Of a DNA stretch of 64,000 nt, positions 47,401 to 60,238 are shown piece by piece (positions within the stretch are counted from its first letter, which is position 1; each line of letters begins with the position of its first letter). This DNA is from Schizochytrium sp. TIO01 (Eukaryota; Protista; Bigyra: Labyrinthulomycetes), in contig SMSO01000036.1 in NCBI GenBank assembly GCA_004764695.1, positions 186,001 through 250,000 of the forward strand, written 5' to 3'. A program made the translations under genes and the position numbers. Under the pieces are notes generated by a model, which worked only from the letters and a program-made list of their open reading frames with translations, was not told where the DNA came from and made no database searches.

Positions 47401-50400
47401 GAACTCGAAGCTTAAAAAGGGAGCCGAAGCACCGTGCGCGATTGCAGAAGTTTGCTGCGGAGAACGAATTGCATGGCAATGAGCTGTCTATTGAGGAGTG
47501 AACTTTCTATGATGGAGTGAATTCATCTACTGCAAGTTGCATAATATTTGCCATCGCACGCTGTTGTAGCCGCAGGTCATGGAGTCTGTCTCGATCGCTG
47601 AGCTGGGCTCGCTCGTCTGTGGCTAGACGCGGCTGGCTGACTCGGCGTTTACACTGCAACTCAGTCACTCCTTTTTCACTTATAGAAAACAACTCAATCA
47701 ATCATGCATTTCTCCTCACGATTCAGTAAAGTATCAGTAACCAATTGTTTTGACTTTCATACAGCAATGGCTTCGTCCATTTGTTTCGCGTAGAGTTGTC
47801 TTGGGCTCACCAAGTTTCTAGCTAGGGGAAAACAAATCAGCCAGCTACTACTTGCAGCTTGAGTGTTGAAACGCGCCGTGACAGGCCAAAGAGAGCAGCA
47901 CTTGAACGTGCGGATTCTGAGGAAGACCACACACGTTATGCCAATTTCTACGCGCTGAGCTCTTCCAAAAAGAAGGGAAAGATTTATTGTAACTAATGCT
48001 TTATGTTTTTAATAATTATAAAACATTATTCTTATTTTCATAGGAACATTTTTAGCATGAACAACGAATACTTTAATTTTAAGGTAAACATCATGATGAA
48101 AAATAACAGGATCGTAACAATAGTAATCAATAATAGTCCATCAAGCGACTGGAGAGGACTAAACGCTGCCGCCTCCAAGCCTTATGTGTAGGTTGTAAAC
48201 GCTATACTACACCAACGTCATAGAGTGGGCGGCACGTGTCTCCCGCCTCCTTGCTTGAGTTTTGGCACGTGAAACACTTTGATTGCTCAGAGAATTCCAC
48301 GACCGGATTTGGTAGGGAGGTAGGTACCTACTTACATGCCATAAAGTCCCTCTCCTTTGGTTGTATCAACTTGTTCTATTTTTGGTTAAAAAAACAGAGC
48401 TTTAAAAACTATGACGGCTGAGTTTATACTTCAGTTGTCCAGGTTGATCTATGCATCATAATAAAAATTAATAATAAATGGTGTTAAGTAAGATTTTGTT
48501 CACGAATATAAGGACATAGTAGTTACCTTGCGCAGCACGTGCTTCAGTTTACGGAGTGATTCGTCGCGATTCACAACAAGAAGCTGTTCAAGTAGATGGC
48601 AGACCATCTGCGAGGAGTTATGATTACACAATTCACAAGAATGGAAATGGCTCCTCACGACAAAGTATATCAGGGAAAGTAGATTCGACTTCAAGCTTTG
48701 GCCTACAAATGCTCCCAACCCTCATAAGCACGGCATGTCTTCTAGATAGTAGGTGTTCTCATGACTACTTCTGGCGCTGATCATTAGCAGAACAATTTGA
48801 ATTGGGCCTCACCTCCATTTCGCACTTGGGAGCTGGCGTGCGCGTGTGTGAGAAGTGATGTGTGCAAATCAGACCATTCTGTCCGCGGAAGGAGATGTTT
48901 CAAGACCATAACGACCAGTATAGTATACCTACTCCACTACGGTGCCGGCCCTGATATAATTTTGAATTGTTTTCGCGCTCGATTGTTCTTTTCGCTGTCT
49001 CCTTAGCCAGTCTTCTTTACCTGCCACGTGCAGAAGCAGCTGCGGCTTCTTCAGGTTCTTTTGCTCCGTCTCTGCTCAAATGTACATCATACCCGTGGGC
49101 ATAATGATAAAGTCATCAGCCAAAATGATGGCAAAAGTAATTAATCTAGAGCTTTTGCAGACACCTTTTTAGCCGCATACTGATCACAAGATTAAAAACA
49201 GTGGATTGATACTTTATCAATACAATGAAACAGCAACAACGATACACCCTATTGTCTCGATGACTGATTGAACGATAGCAACGAATAATAAATGTCCGTG
49301 TTGCACACACTCGCCGCACCCGTGCCTGAGCTCAACACTTACTACTACGTTAGGCGCTCAGGTTGGCAGGCTGCTATTCCACTTTTATTCAGAGCTTGCC
49401 TCCTCAACTCGTATCCAGTGTGTAATCGTCAAGGCTTGCCAGTTTTGTGTGCATTTACTCACCTCGACCCTTCAGTCAGCATTCTCAAATAAGCTCATAT
49501 CTAGATAGATATCTACTGGGTACCCACGGTGTTGTACCCTCAAGCTAGCAACATTCTGCACGAGAATAGCTCAACTTCTTGCATCATCACTCAAAGTCTA
49601 CAATATCAGCAAATCTTTTTAGATTCGAGTACACAACTTCGAAAAACGTGCTCTGGCGAACTTTAATATCTACCTATTACTTACTAGGTACCCTCTGCAA
49701 AGTCTGTGATTCTAAATAGCGATGGTTTCCTGTGCTGCTTATAACTCTTATTAAAAGTTGTGAGAGACTTCGCACACACATTAGACCCCGCAGCTACCCT
49801 CTTCCGCGCGTGCCGCAAGCTTCTATGTATACCCTTCTTTGTGCACGGCCGCATCGCTTTATCTAATTACTATATATTACCTACCGGGTGCGAGGGGTGT
49901 ATACCAGTTTCTTTTTGTCTTCGGGTGACCGCCTCCCCAGAATCCTTGCACGCGCTTATCTATTAAGTCTATAAGGCATAAAATTATATTCTTAAAAAAA
50001 ATAAAAAATGTAAAATTGTTTTATTTTATTTTTTATTTTTTGTTTTTAAAGGGAAAAAGTTTCACCTCAGTTAAGGTTGCTAGTTGCAGTAGGTGCAATT
50101 CCATATGCCGTTCTTTTCCAGATTAGAACTGCTGCAGTCTTGAGCAGCACAACTCCTTTTTTAGTTTGGAAACCCTCTGAACCTCAAGTTCACCCAATCG
50201 ATGACGATGAACTTTCCCTCATTCTCAAAAGTCGAGGCAATACATACATACATACATACATACATACATACACAGACTGTATATAGGTAGCTAAACTTTA
50301 AAGAATGGCGTTTTCTCTCCGCGTCCACAGATTGTACCTTCTAAGTATATTGAGATCCAACGGCATAATTCATTCACTCTATGCCTGAGGACGAAAGCTC

Positions 50401-51239
50401 ATGAGAAGATAATCAATCAGCAGTCATGGTCCGAGGGTCCAGCTTTCGCTTTCGAGCTCGCCTCCAAAGCGGAGCCTCTGGGGCCTTCTTCGTCGGAGGC
50501 TGGATGGGCTTGAGTAAAGCCTCGGAGCTGCGCCTTCCGGCACGAGTTGGGTCTACGAGCATACGCCCAAAGCACACGCGCACATCCAGTGCTACACTAT
50601 TGCTGCCAAAGCATCTTCGTGAGCACTTCTCGGAATCTATTGACTCCTGATCTTTCCAAATAATCTTTTATTCTTCTTGTTCTTACTACCTACTTTCTCT
50701 TTAAAGTCGAAACAAAACATTTCAGCATTTTCATTTTATTTCATTAAAACATATATACAGGTTATGCTGTTACTGATGGGTGCTACCACTCGCAGTATCA
50801 AGCATTCGATTTGAGCAGTTTATGTGTGATTAAATTCCAATCAGTTTGAGAGTGTTTTAATTTAATTTATTTTAATAAATAAATAGATGAATAAATTAGA
50901 GAAATTAATAGTAAAAGAAAGAAGGGGGAAACAGCCTGAGATCGCGCTGACTCCGTTTGATCATGGCCAAACAAGCGTCAGCCAAATAAATTGCATCAAG
51001 AGACGCGAGCGTTGCCTGGGATTGTCCGTTCGAGAGGAGGCCATCATCGTCCTACTGCTCATTGACTGCCAGCTCGAGCTTCAGCAGACCACTCGTGAGC
51101 CGATGCTGTTCTGCCGGAGATGATAATGCAGGGTGAAAAGAACCGCCTTTTAGAGTTTCGGAGCGTTCTCTGCCGTTCTGTTGCCGAATTTAGTGTGCCT
51201 CTCATCACTTTGAATTTTTGTTTGTTGCTTTTGTTTTTG

Positions 51240-51376
51240 CGAGCTCTTTTTAGAATTAGAACAACTTCTTGAAGACTTTGCTTTCTTGGCTGCTTTACAA
51301 GGAACGAAGGTATGCCTGTTAAGTAAAGCAGCCAAGAAAGCAAAGTCTTCAAGGTTGCTTCAAAAGAATGAGCTCG
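51240..51376. ncRNA. Long fold-back: candidate pre-miRNA / hairpin RNA
   Basis: 51268-51298 and 51323-51353 are perfect 31-bp reverse complements around a 24-nt loop. Outer pairings CAAC/GTTG and CGAGCTC/GAGCTCG extend the stem. Confidence 0.45.
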
Positions 51377-52072
51377 AAGCCTTCTTCTACTCCCGATCAG
51401 TGGATCCTACTTCTGGCTCCAAAAGCAGAGGAAGCAGCCAATTTGGCAAACTTGACTGTTTTATTTTATAATAACCGACTACTACTACCCATACTTGTTC
51501 TTATTAATATTATTAAATGATAAATTTAAATAATAAGTGTTTATTTAATTTAAAAGAAAACGAATTTAACCCTCAGCTGCAAAGAGGAAAGAAAAAGAAC
51601 AGCGCACCAAAGAACTAGAACATCAGGAGCTCTTTGCCATTCTCTTCTTTTTAAGTTTTCGCCTCAAGAAAACAGAAAAGACAAAGTAAGAAGAAGAAAA
51701 GAAAGGCGTATCTGCCATGCTGACGTGAGCGCTAAAAGAAAGAACGCGTGGAGGGAGAGAGGGCATGGAAGGGAACGAAATTCTACTTCTCCTTACAGAA
51801 ACATTGTGTTGGCGAGTTTTCCGATATGCATTTTACAAGACAAATGGCTTTAACTGTGGGATGCGATATGGCATTTAGCTTTAAATCTAAAAATCTTACG
51901 GAAGTCAATTCTTATATTACCAAGGACCACCTTAATCATATTGAGCAAGGCATTCATTCATTCATTCATCAGCAACCATATATTCTCTGAAAAGTTCTTT
52001 TTTATTTTCGTGTTTCCGCTATTGAAAACACCGTGCTAGGGTCTTCTAAGCAATAAAACTCCTAAACTGTTC

Positions 52073-52132
52073 AATTTTTGTTTTCAATTGACCTAAAAAT
52101 ATAATTTTTGTTTTCAATTGACCTAAAAATAT
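52073..52132. repeat. 30-bp tandem duplication
   Basis: AATTTTTGTTTTCAATTGACCTAAAAATAT x2. Confidence 0.95.
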
Positions 52133-53366
52133 AAAGTATTCAATATATAGCGACTCTATGGTGGTAGGTAGATAGTGATTTTTGGGAGAGATACGAGCTT
52201 GCCAAGAACCAGCACCCGCCTTGTCGGACAGCTACACATTCATATTTCACGGACGTTGAAAGCCAACGGAGTACCACTTTGCAATAGTTAACCACTCCAC
52301 AATTAGCTCAAAGAATATCGATACACCTTATCATGGCCTTGAAGTTCGAAGGCTTTCAAGAAGTTCGAAGGCTCGATTCTTTTTCGCAATTGAGTGAGAC
52401 CTCTGTGACTCTTAGATGATAGGTAGCTGGATAGAATAGGCACCTCAGATACTGTATACTTCTATCGTGAGAAATAAAAAGATGGAACCGTTAGAGAACC
52501 ACCGCCGAACTAGTTTTGCTGTCCCCAGCTAAATCCGAAGGTAGCTTTGCATGCACCACAGATTCTTTCTTTTGGACTTTGTGATAGTGCTGGACCACCG
52601 TAGCTTCGCGCAGAGTTAAGTACACTGTTTCATTTAGGGCGCGCTTGTCCTCCTTCGGTTTGTAACGGAATGGAGCAAACGATTCTTATGTTTTGGAATA
52701 CAAGACACTCAACCTCGTTTTGCTTGTTTTGTTTGTGCTTCTCCTTATCATATTGCCACTATCTAATCCGAATTTTTCAGAGCTGGAGACACTAAAGTAA
52801 TTTTTATTGCAGACTGAAAGTCCTCTCGTAAGAACAAAGCCTCGAATGAATGAAAGAATGAATAAATGAACGCATGATTAGAATCAGCATTACAATCATG
52901 ATCACCACTCTACTAGTTCACAACCAACGCAACCTGTACTTGAACTTCAGCTTATCAAGAGTTTCAACCCACAAATCATTTAGCCTTGAAGACCTTGTTC
53001 AAGACCTTGAGCATATCAAGAACTTCAACCCATGAAGAACTTGAACACACCAAGAAAATGAACTCCCAATATGTAGAGAACTTGGACTTGATGTATTAAC
53101 CCTTTCTCTTGAGCGGGTGAGCGTTCTTTCTGCTCCTCAAAATAAGGGACCACTGCAAAGTCTCGGAGAACAGCGCGTGCTCTGCTGCCTTTATCCCCTG
53201 GCCCAGGCCTTTCCCTCGCTCCTTGACCGGTCAATCTGCAGCCTCTTACCCCTTGCATGCACTTTTATGCTCCCGCACGAGTTCGGGGTGGTCTTCTCGC
53301 ACGCACGCCGCCCGTGACGAGACCCCAGCCGCTCAGCAGGTTCACCAACACGAAAAGGCACGAGGC

Positions 53367-53565
53367 ATTCATTCATTCCATTCATTTATTCATTCTATGA
53401 ATTCATTCTATGAATTCATTCATTCATTCATTCATTCTATGATTCATTCATTCATTCATTCAATAAGTTCATTTTATAAATTCATTCTATAAAGTTCATT
53501 CTATGAATTCGTTCTATAAGTTCATTCTATAAGTTCATTCCATCAACTCATTCTTATAATTCCAT
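53367..53565. repeat. (ATTC)n microsatellite grading into a ~13-bp AAGTTCATTCTAT minisatellite
   Basis: Directly visible in the sequence. Confidence 0.9.
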
Positions 53566-53701
53566 TTACACATTCGCATGCCTGGTTCGACCTGACATTT
53601 CCGCGCGCGCCCTGCGGGTACCCGGAACTCCTGGAACTGCTATTACCGCTAATGTCCCGTGCCACTCATACCAGACATCTCTGTCCTTCAACATTAAAAT
53701 A

Positions 53702-53711
53702 ATGACGTCAT
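53702..53711. promoter_or_regulatory. Palindromic CRE/bZIP-type site ATGACGTCAT
   Basis: Perfect 10-bp palindrome at the edge of a GC-rich island; function not shown. Confidence 0.3.
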
Positions 53712-56254
53712 GCGCGGGTTCCTGTGCGAGGGAGCCTAGCGCGCGCTTGCGCCGACTTCGACTGCCGGGAGGCGGCCTCGCGAGGCCCGACGCAGGTCGC
53801 CCCTCGCTTCGCTTCGCGTGGCCGATAGCTGCTCCGCGGCCCGACAGCTGGTGCAAAGCTGGTGCAGAGCTGCCGTCGTGGAGGCTGCCGCAGAGCCCTC
53901 CCGCGTCCCGCCGGATGCCGCCGAGGCCACCTTCTCCGCGAGACGGTTTGCCTCTGTGCTGGAAAGCGAGCATTGCAGTGCAATGAACGGAGACACGTAC
54001 GAGAACAGGAAAGAGAACGGGAACGAGAACGGGAACGGGAACGGTAAAAGAACGCTCGAAAGAACGGTCCTCCGCCTTCACTCCCTTAGACACAGCTCTC
54101 TCGTGATTTGCTTCGGTCTGCTCTGCTGTGCTTTGCCTTCTGGGTTGGTTTAATTTATGCAGATGGACGTGGTGGAGGAGCTTGCGGGCTGCAGGCAGAG
54201 TTCGCAGCGCTTGTTCATCGCTGCGACTATCGCTGCGATTTGCCATACAGAGTCCAGTGCCGACTACATCTTTCATGCCTTGAGCCTCCCTTTTCAATTT
54301 AATAAACTAAACAGAGGCTATTTTAATATACATTTATTTTTAAAAATATATAAATCAAAATTCTTATTTTAAAATTTATATTCAAAGTGGTGAGGCTGCC
54401 TACGAACTACTACTTTCACACTTTTCACACTGCTCCAGTGGCCCTATTAAGGCTAGAGTTTATCGTAGCTGGGGGCCTCAGTAGTGAAACTTCCCTGTCC
54501 CGGGGTGGCGCCTAGGTAGCTACTAGCGATAGCTAGCTACTAGCTGGGCGTCATAGTAGGTAGGATTGATTGTTTGATTGTCTCGGAGTCGCGTGTTTGG
54601 ACTCCTCCCCCTCTCGCCCGCAGGAGGACTGTGGGGGTAAGTCTGCGGTACTGAGGGGATGAGTCTCCCCCGGCTGCACTGAGCGTGCGCTGGGCACGCG
54701 GTCAGAGGAGAAGGCCTCGTTTTCTTCCACTGAGGGACAGAGAAGCCGACATGTGAGGGAGGCCGGTCTCACGCATGCCCTTGGAGCCTGAATGATTGAT
54801 TGAATGAATGAATCAGTGAGTGAGGGAATGAATGAAGGACTTCTTCGTACATCGAAAGTTAGTTCGAGCTTCTGTTCACAACCTTGATCTAGAGAGATTA
54901 GAACGCAGCCATCCTCTGCTTTTCTGTAGAGGGCGGCTTATTACTTGTTAATCCAGTCTAAACATACATTTCTTTTACAGTAAAATTACTGAACATATCA
55001 ATTTGTATAAAATATCTTTTAAAACGCAGGTACCGATGTTATGAATAGAGGAACAGAGAGCATAGAACAGCATAGAACAGAACGGCGAGCAGAGGTACAC
55101 ATATATAAATAAGGTGGAGAGCGAGACCTCTCCAGGCACCGCACATGCCATCTATGCAAGCAAGCAAGTTGCATGAAGAGCCAAACAAACGAGAGGACGA
55201 CGATGGCTGATGCGGCGGCGCTGGGCTTGAGAAACGAAGCCAGCCAGCCAGCCAGCCAGTGCCCTCGCAAGTACTCAAGCAGGCAAGCACCCGAGCATCG
55301 AGCATTCGAGCAAGCACGTAACGCGTAATGGTCCCTCGCACGTGCCGACTTTCTTTCCCTGTCGTCGCTTGCTTTTGCCTGCTTTCATAATATATGACAA
55401 TCAAAGAGTATCTATCGATCTGCAAGTGACTGCGAAAGCACAGTGCACGCGGCGCAAAGTGAGAACGTGGTCTCCGCTTTGAAGGTTCTTTTGTAGTATT
55501 CGTGGGATTTGTTTACAAGCGATGTTCGACTTGTTCTGAGCTCGTTCATGGTGACGAAGAGAGAGAGAGAGAAAGAAAAGAAGAGAAAAGAAGAAAAAGT
55601 AAAAGCTTTCATGCGGCGCGTGAAGAGTGAAGAGCTTTTCTGCGTGGGAGCTGTCTGGAGAGCGGGCCTGTGCAAATGGCCTATGGGGAGCGGTGGTGTG
55701 GCTGCAGTGAGGTGGAGAAGGCCGTCGCGTTGACGCGTGCGTGGGTTGCTTCATTGAGTTAGGCTGCTACCCTTGCTCGCGTGCCCCTTTTCATTAGGTT
55801 TTTAACTTTAATATTAATTTTATTTTCAATTTTAAAACTATGAGCAGCCTAATAAAAACTTCCTCTTAAAGTATGGTTGTTCTCTTTCTTTCTTTCTTTC
55901 TTTCTTTCTTCCTTTCTTTCAATTTCCTCTTTCGCAGTTTTCCGTCGAATTCTTCTTGTTTACTTTGGTTTGGCCATCACCATCGCCAGAACAGGAGGCG
56001 CTGGGCCTTGAGTCCTCGTTCTTCCACCGCCCGTCTGTCTGCCCGTCGGCACGTCGCAGTACACGTGCTTCGATGCTCGACCCGCTTCCAACTGCACCGA
56101 CGGTGAATGTGAATGAATGAGCGAGCTCCATAAAGAGAAGGAGTTCGACGTGCCGTGCCGTGCGTGCCGGTGTGCGCTGCCTCCTATGGTAATCATTAAG
56201 GGTCACTAGCGCCAGCTCGCGCATTGAATGAAGGAGCGAAGGATGAATGAACTA

Positions 56255-56310
56255 ATTCATTCATTCATTCATACATTCATTCATTCAATCATTCATTCAT
56301 TCATTCATTC
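56255..56310. repeat. (ATTC)n microsatellite
   Basis: Directly visible in the sequence. Confidence 0.9.
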
Positions 56311-56948
56311 ACTATTTCACCTCTCTTGGACGATGATGGCTGTCATTGATCATTGAGGCCTACGGATACGATGCACATCGCCGTTGCTAAAGAGACATCA
56401 GGGCCCTCCCGGAGTGAAGGTGCAGGCCTGGGGTTTATCTTGACTCTGGCCTGTGTGGTTGAACTCGCTTCATTGATTGATTGACTGACTGACTGACTGA
56501 CTGACTGACTGAGGAAAGAGGAAACGTCTTGAAGAACAAACAAAGAAATGGGGAAACGAGAATGTTTAGTTTCCTTTTGCCTCTTGTTGTTCTCCTTCCT
56601 CTCTGCTCGAGTGAGTGCGTGGCACAATGGGGAGAAAGCAAAAGGTGCGTGCAAAAAGCCAAAAACTTCCCAACTCTTGAGAAGTGTGAGGAGTAAATGC
56701 AATCAATCGATCCTTTGAAGCAGGAACATGGAGAAAGAAAGAAAGAAAGAAAGAAAGAAAGCAAGAAACCCACCAGCTTTTGAAAAGCCAACTTAGTTTT
56801 AGCAAGCAAGCTTTCCTTCGAAGGCTGAAAAAGCGTGGGGTGCAGGTTCTGCCAGAGATCAATGGGTTAGCTCACGATGAAACAAAAAGTGGGTGCTCAA
56901 GAAGTGGTGCCTCGGTATTACTTATTCTTGTTTTTACTTTCATCATTG

Positions 56949-57146
<198 letters not shown>

Positions 57147-57246
57147 CATATAGAAGAAGTTTTAGTATTGATTGAAAGTTAATAAGTAAACAACAACCTA
57201 AAAGAGAACACCTGCCTCCATAAAAGGTGAATGATTAAAAAGAAAA

Positions 57247-57302
57247 GTGAGTGAGTGCGTGAGTGAGTGAGTGAATGAGTGAGTGAGTGAGTGAGTGAGT
57301 GA
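57247..57302. repeat. (GAGT)n microsatellite
   Basis: Directly visible in the sequence. Confidence 0.9.
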
Positions 57303-58340
57303 ATAAACAAATTGCGGGTAATTAAAATTTTAATAATTAATTAATTAATTAGTTAATCAATTAGTTACTTAGTTAATCAAGGAATGAATCAATGAATTAA
57401 TGAATCACCAGCGTCAGTCTGTCAGCAATCGCCCATCGCATTCCCGCTCAAGCGTCCTCCAGGTCGCCCTTGGCTCCGCCGCCGCCGCTCCGCCCCTAGC
57501 AGCAGCGACGCTCTCCGGACCAGGTAGCTCGAAGCTTCTCTGCCTCGTGCTCGCTTGCCTGCCTGCCCGCCTGCGAGAAGAGGGAAGGGCCGCTGTGATT
57601 GGCGCGTCCTCAGACTTCACTCATTTAGTTCCCTTTTTCTCTTTGCTTTCTTTTACCTCTCTTTGTTTCTTTTCTTAGTTCCTTTCTCTTTTCTTACGAG
57701 AAGACTGACCGCCTCGCAGCTGGTCTCTCCTCCGTCGAGCGAGCGAGCGAGCGAGCAAAACCCAAAGGTAGCAGCAGCGGCTCCGCCTCTTGGCACCGAC
57801 AGCTTTCCTCTATTCTCGCAGCAGCGCAGGTCCAGGCCCAGGCCTCTTCTCTGCAGCTCTCGAGCACGCGTGCCACCTCCTGAGTGAGTGAGTGAGTGAG
57901 CCGTGACTGATTACACTATCTCGAGCACGTTCATCACCGGTAGCACATAAACTATCTGCAAACGGAGATAAGCTTCTTCAGCTTGCCAACAATCCCTCAT
58001 CCTCGGCGTATCGTCCATCGAGAAACTAACTCGCTGGCCGAACGAAGGGAGGTGACCTTTATTGATTATATAGTCACGGCACCTGTGACGCAGAGCTTCT
58101 CATATTCTCGTTGTGGGCACGTACGTGACGAAGAGTGGCGAACTTAAGTCGCTGTTCTGTCTTGTGTAAATCAGGGTCAAGCTAGCTAGATATTGCGAAA
58201 TATCTGCATCGTCTTCGATCCCTCAAACCTGTATCTTTGATCGACCGTTGTAGCAAGTATAGGGCATAAATAGCGCAAGATCGAATTTGCGCTTCGCCAA
58301 TCCTCTAAAAACCAAATATATAGCGTGAACTAGCGATACT

Positions 58341-59273
58341 ATGTTCGCACGGAAACTCGGTTACGGCTACGAAGGAAGCGTTAAGCGAGTGAAACGGAGC
58401 TTCGGCCGCGGCATTCCCTTCGAGCTTGAAACTCGCAAACGCCAAGCCGTCACCTGTGGCCTGCCCAAGCTCGAAGCTAGCGAGCAGGAGCAGAAGAAGC
58501 AATCCGCCAATATGGAGGCCAAGACTAACTCGACCAAAGCTCAGCAGCAGCAGCAAGATGAGCGCACTGAGTCTCAGCCGCGCGAGGACAAGGTTCTCTC
58601 GGGTAAGCCTGCTCCCACTGTGTACATGCGCGAGTCTCGCCTGCAGCGACCCCAGATTCGTAAGTCCAAATCCATCTGCTTTGCAGAGGGTACCAAGACC
58701 TGGATGGGCCTCCGCAGGGAGTGCCACTACTTGGACGAGCTCTTGCATGAGTTTTTCGTCCTTGGACACCAGTTCTCATCCGTTGATGTCCTTCGTCTTA
58801 TTGGCATGGATGCACAGCTTATTGGTGGTGTCCACAACCTCCTTGATGACCTTTGCTCAAGGATAATCCAGTTCTCCAAGTCCGATGAGGACGGAGTGCC
58901 TGTCCTGATCCAGGGCGGTGGTCGTGGAATGAAGGTCACTCTCTTCCACCACCCATACCTTGTTAGCCTTCAGCGTGTCGTGGCCGAAGCCGAGCGTGTT
59001 GCAGCTCTTGGCTTTTCTCTTGGTGGAGACTCGCCTCGTGCTGACTCTGACGAGGAAGACGTCGATTCAAAGAGCGCCAACGAAAGCAACAATACTGTGG
59101 AGGACCGCAAGACCCTCTCTAGCTTGCGCAACGTTCGCATCGAAGATCCTTCAGACGATGTTAACCCTCAGGCCATGGAGGAATCTTTTGATGATAACCA
59201 GTCCCACCCTGCCAGAGATAATCAAAGCAACATTATGATGGGCTCTCAGCAGCCCCAAGTGCTCACTGCATAG
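58341..59273 (+). CDS. Hypothetical protein (310 aa) with a compact ~110-aa central domain
   Basis: ATG ORF with pronounced C/T-ending and AAG/GAG codon preference. Ordered core KSICFAEGTKTW...PVLIQGGGRGMKV...LQRVVAEAE between disordered ends. Confidence 0.88.
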   Translation: MFARKLGYGYEGSVKRVKRSFGRGIPFELETRKRQAVTCGLPKLEASEQEQKKQSANMEAKTNSTKAQQQQQDERTESQPREDKVLSGKPAPTVYMRESRLQRPQIRKSKSICFAEGTKTWMGLRRECHYLDELLHEFFVLGHQFSSVDVLRLIGMDAQLIGGVHNLLDDLCSRIIQFSKSDEDGVPVLIQGGGRGMKVTLFHHPYLVSLQRVVAEAERVAALGFSLGGDSPRADSDEEDVDSKSANESNNTVEDRKTLSSLRNVRIEDPSDDVNPQAMEESFDDNQSHPARDNQSNIMMGSQQPQVLTA

Positions 59274-60238
59274 TTGAGGTGAGGGCCAGGTTCTGTTGTT
59301 TATGACTAATATTTACACCCCCAAAATATACTTCCCACACAGTGGAAGCGCTTCCCCATATATACTCTCTAAATCTTTGTGTTCATTTTCCTTTTGTACT
59401 ACTCAGCCTCATATCTGTTTTAAATATTCCTTGTTAACAATATGCTTCTAGGCCTGCACAGAATTATTCATGACTTTTGTAGATTTGAGTAATGGAAAAA
59501 TAAATAATGATAAATAGTAATAACGTGAAAAAAAATTATCCCAAGATAGAATCACAACCAATGAGGAGAGCAGCAATGCCAAGTCATGTCTGCAAAGCAG
59601 AGTGTTTGTTGGATTCTTATTCTTCACTTTTTCATTTGGTAAGGAAGGTAGAAGTATTGCTACACATCAGTTATTAAAAAGTAAAAGATCAATATTTGAT
59701 TCGAGTACACCATCTCGAAACCAACTTTTAGAAGTTTGATTTTATAGTAAACAATTCAGAAGGTCCGCCCATACATTAAAAAAAAAAAACATAGGGGCTT
59801 TTAGATATTTTTAATGTCTCTTCATCGTATCTTATCTTCTGCGTCAAGGAAAAAATGCATCTTCATTTTCAAATTATGGAGGTTTAGTTAATATAATTGT
59901 ACATCAACACGGAACCAGTGGCTCACTACGGCACGCTGTATATTTTAGAGAGCCATGTTAATAATATATCGACTAAGAACTGAAATATTTTATACACACC
60001 GAAGGTAGTGCGGTATGAGTAGCTAATCAAGTTGATTGGACGTCATTCCCATCATGGTCAACAATGTTGGAGCGTCCACATTTCCCCCTCAAACTTTGCG
60101 AGTGAGGTGAAAAGAAACTAAACACAAAGGTATTTTATCTATACTGAATCCAAAGAAAAAAGAGAATACCGGTAATCTGTGAATTTTGTACGAAAAAAAG
60201 TGATAGAAAAGGAAAAGGGAAAGGCAATAATGAAGTAT

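Noticed and set aside
53566-54297. 243-aa minus-strand ORF and overlapping ORFs
   Set aside because: GC-rich island open in several frames, with repeat-derived residues and no recognisable domain; more likely non-coding.
54890-54945. GGCGGCTTATT resembles an RNase P 3' motif
   Set aside because: No matching 5' P4 strand or ACANAA context found.
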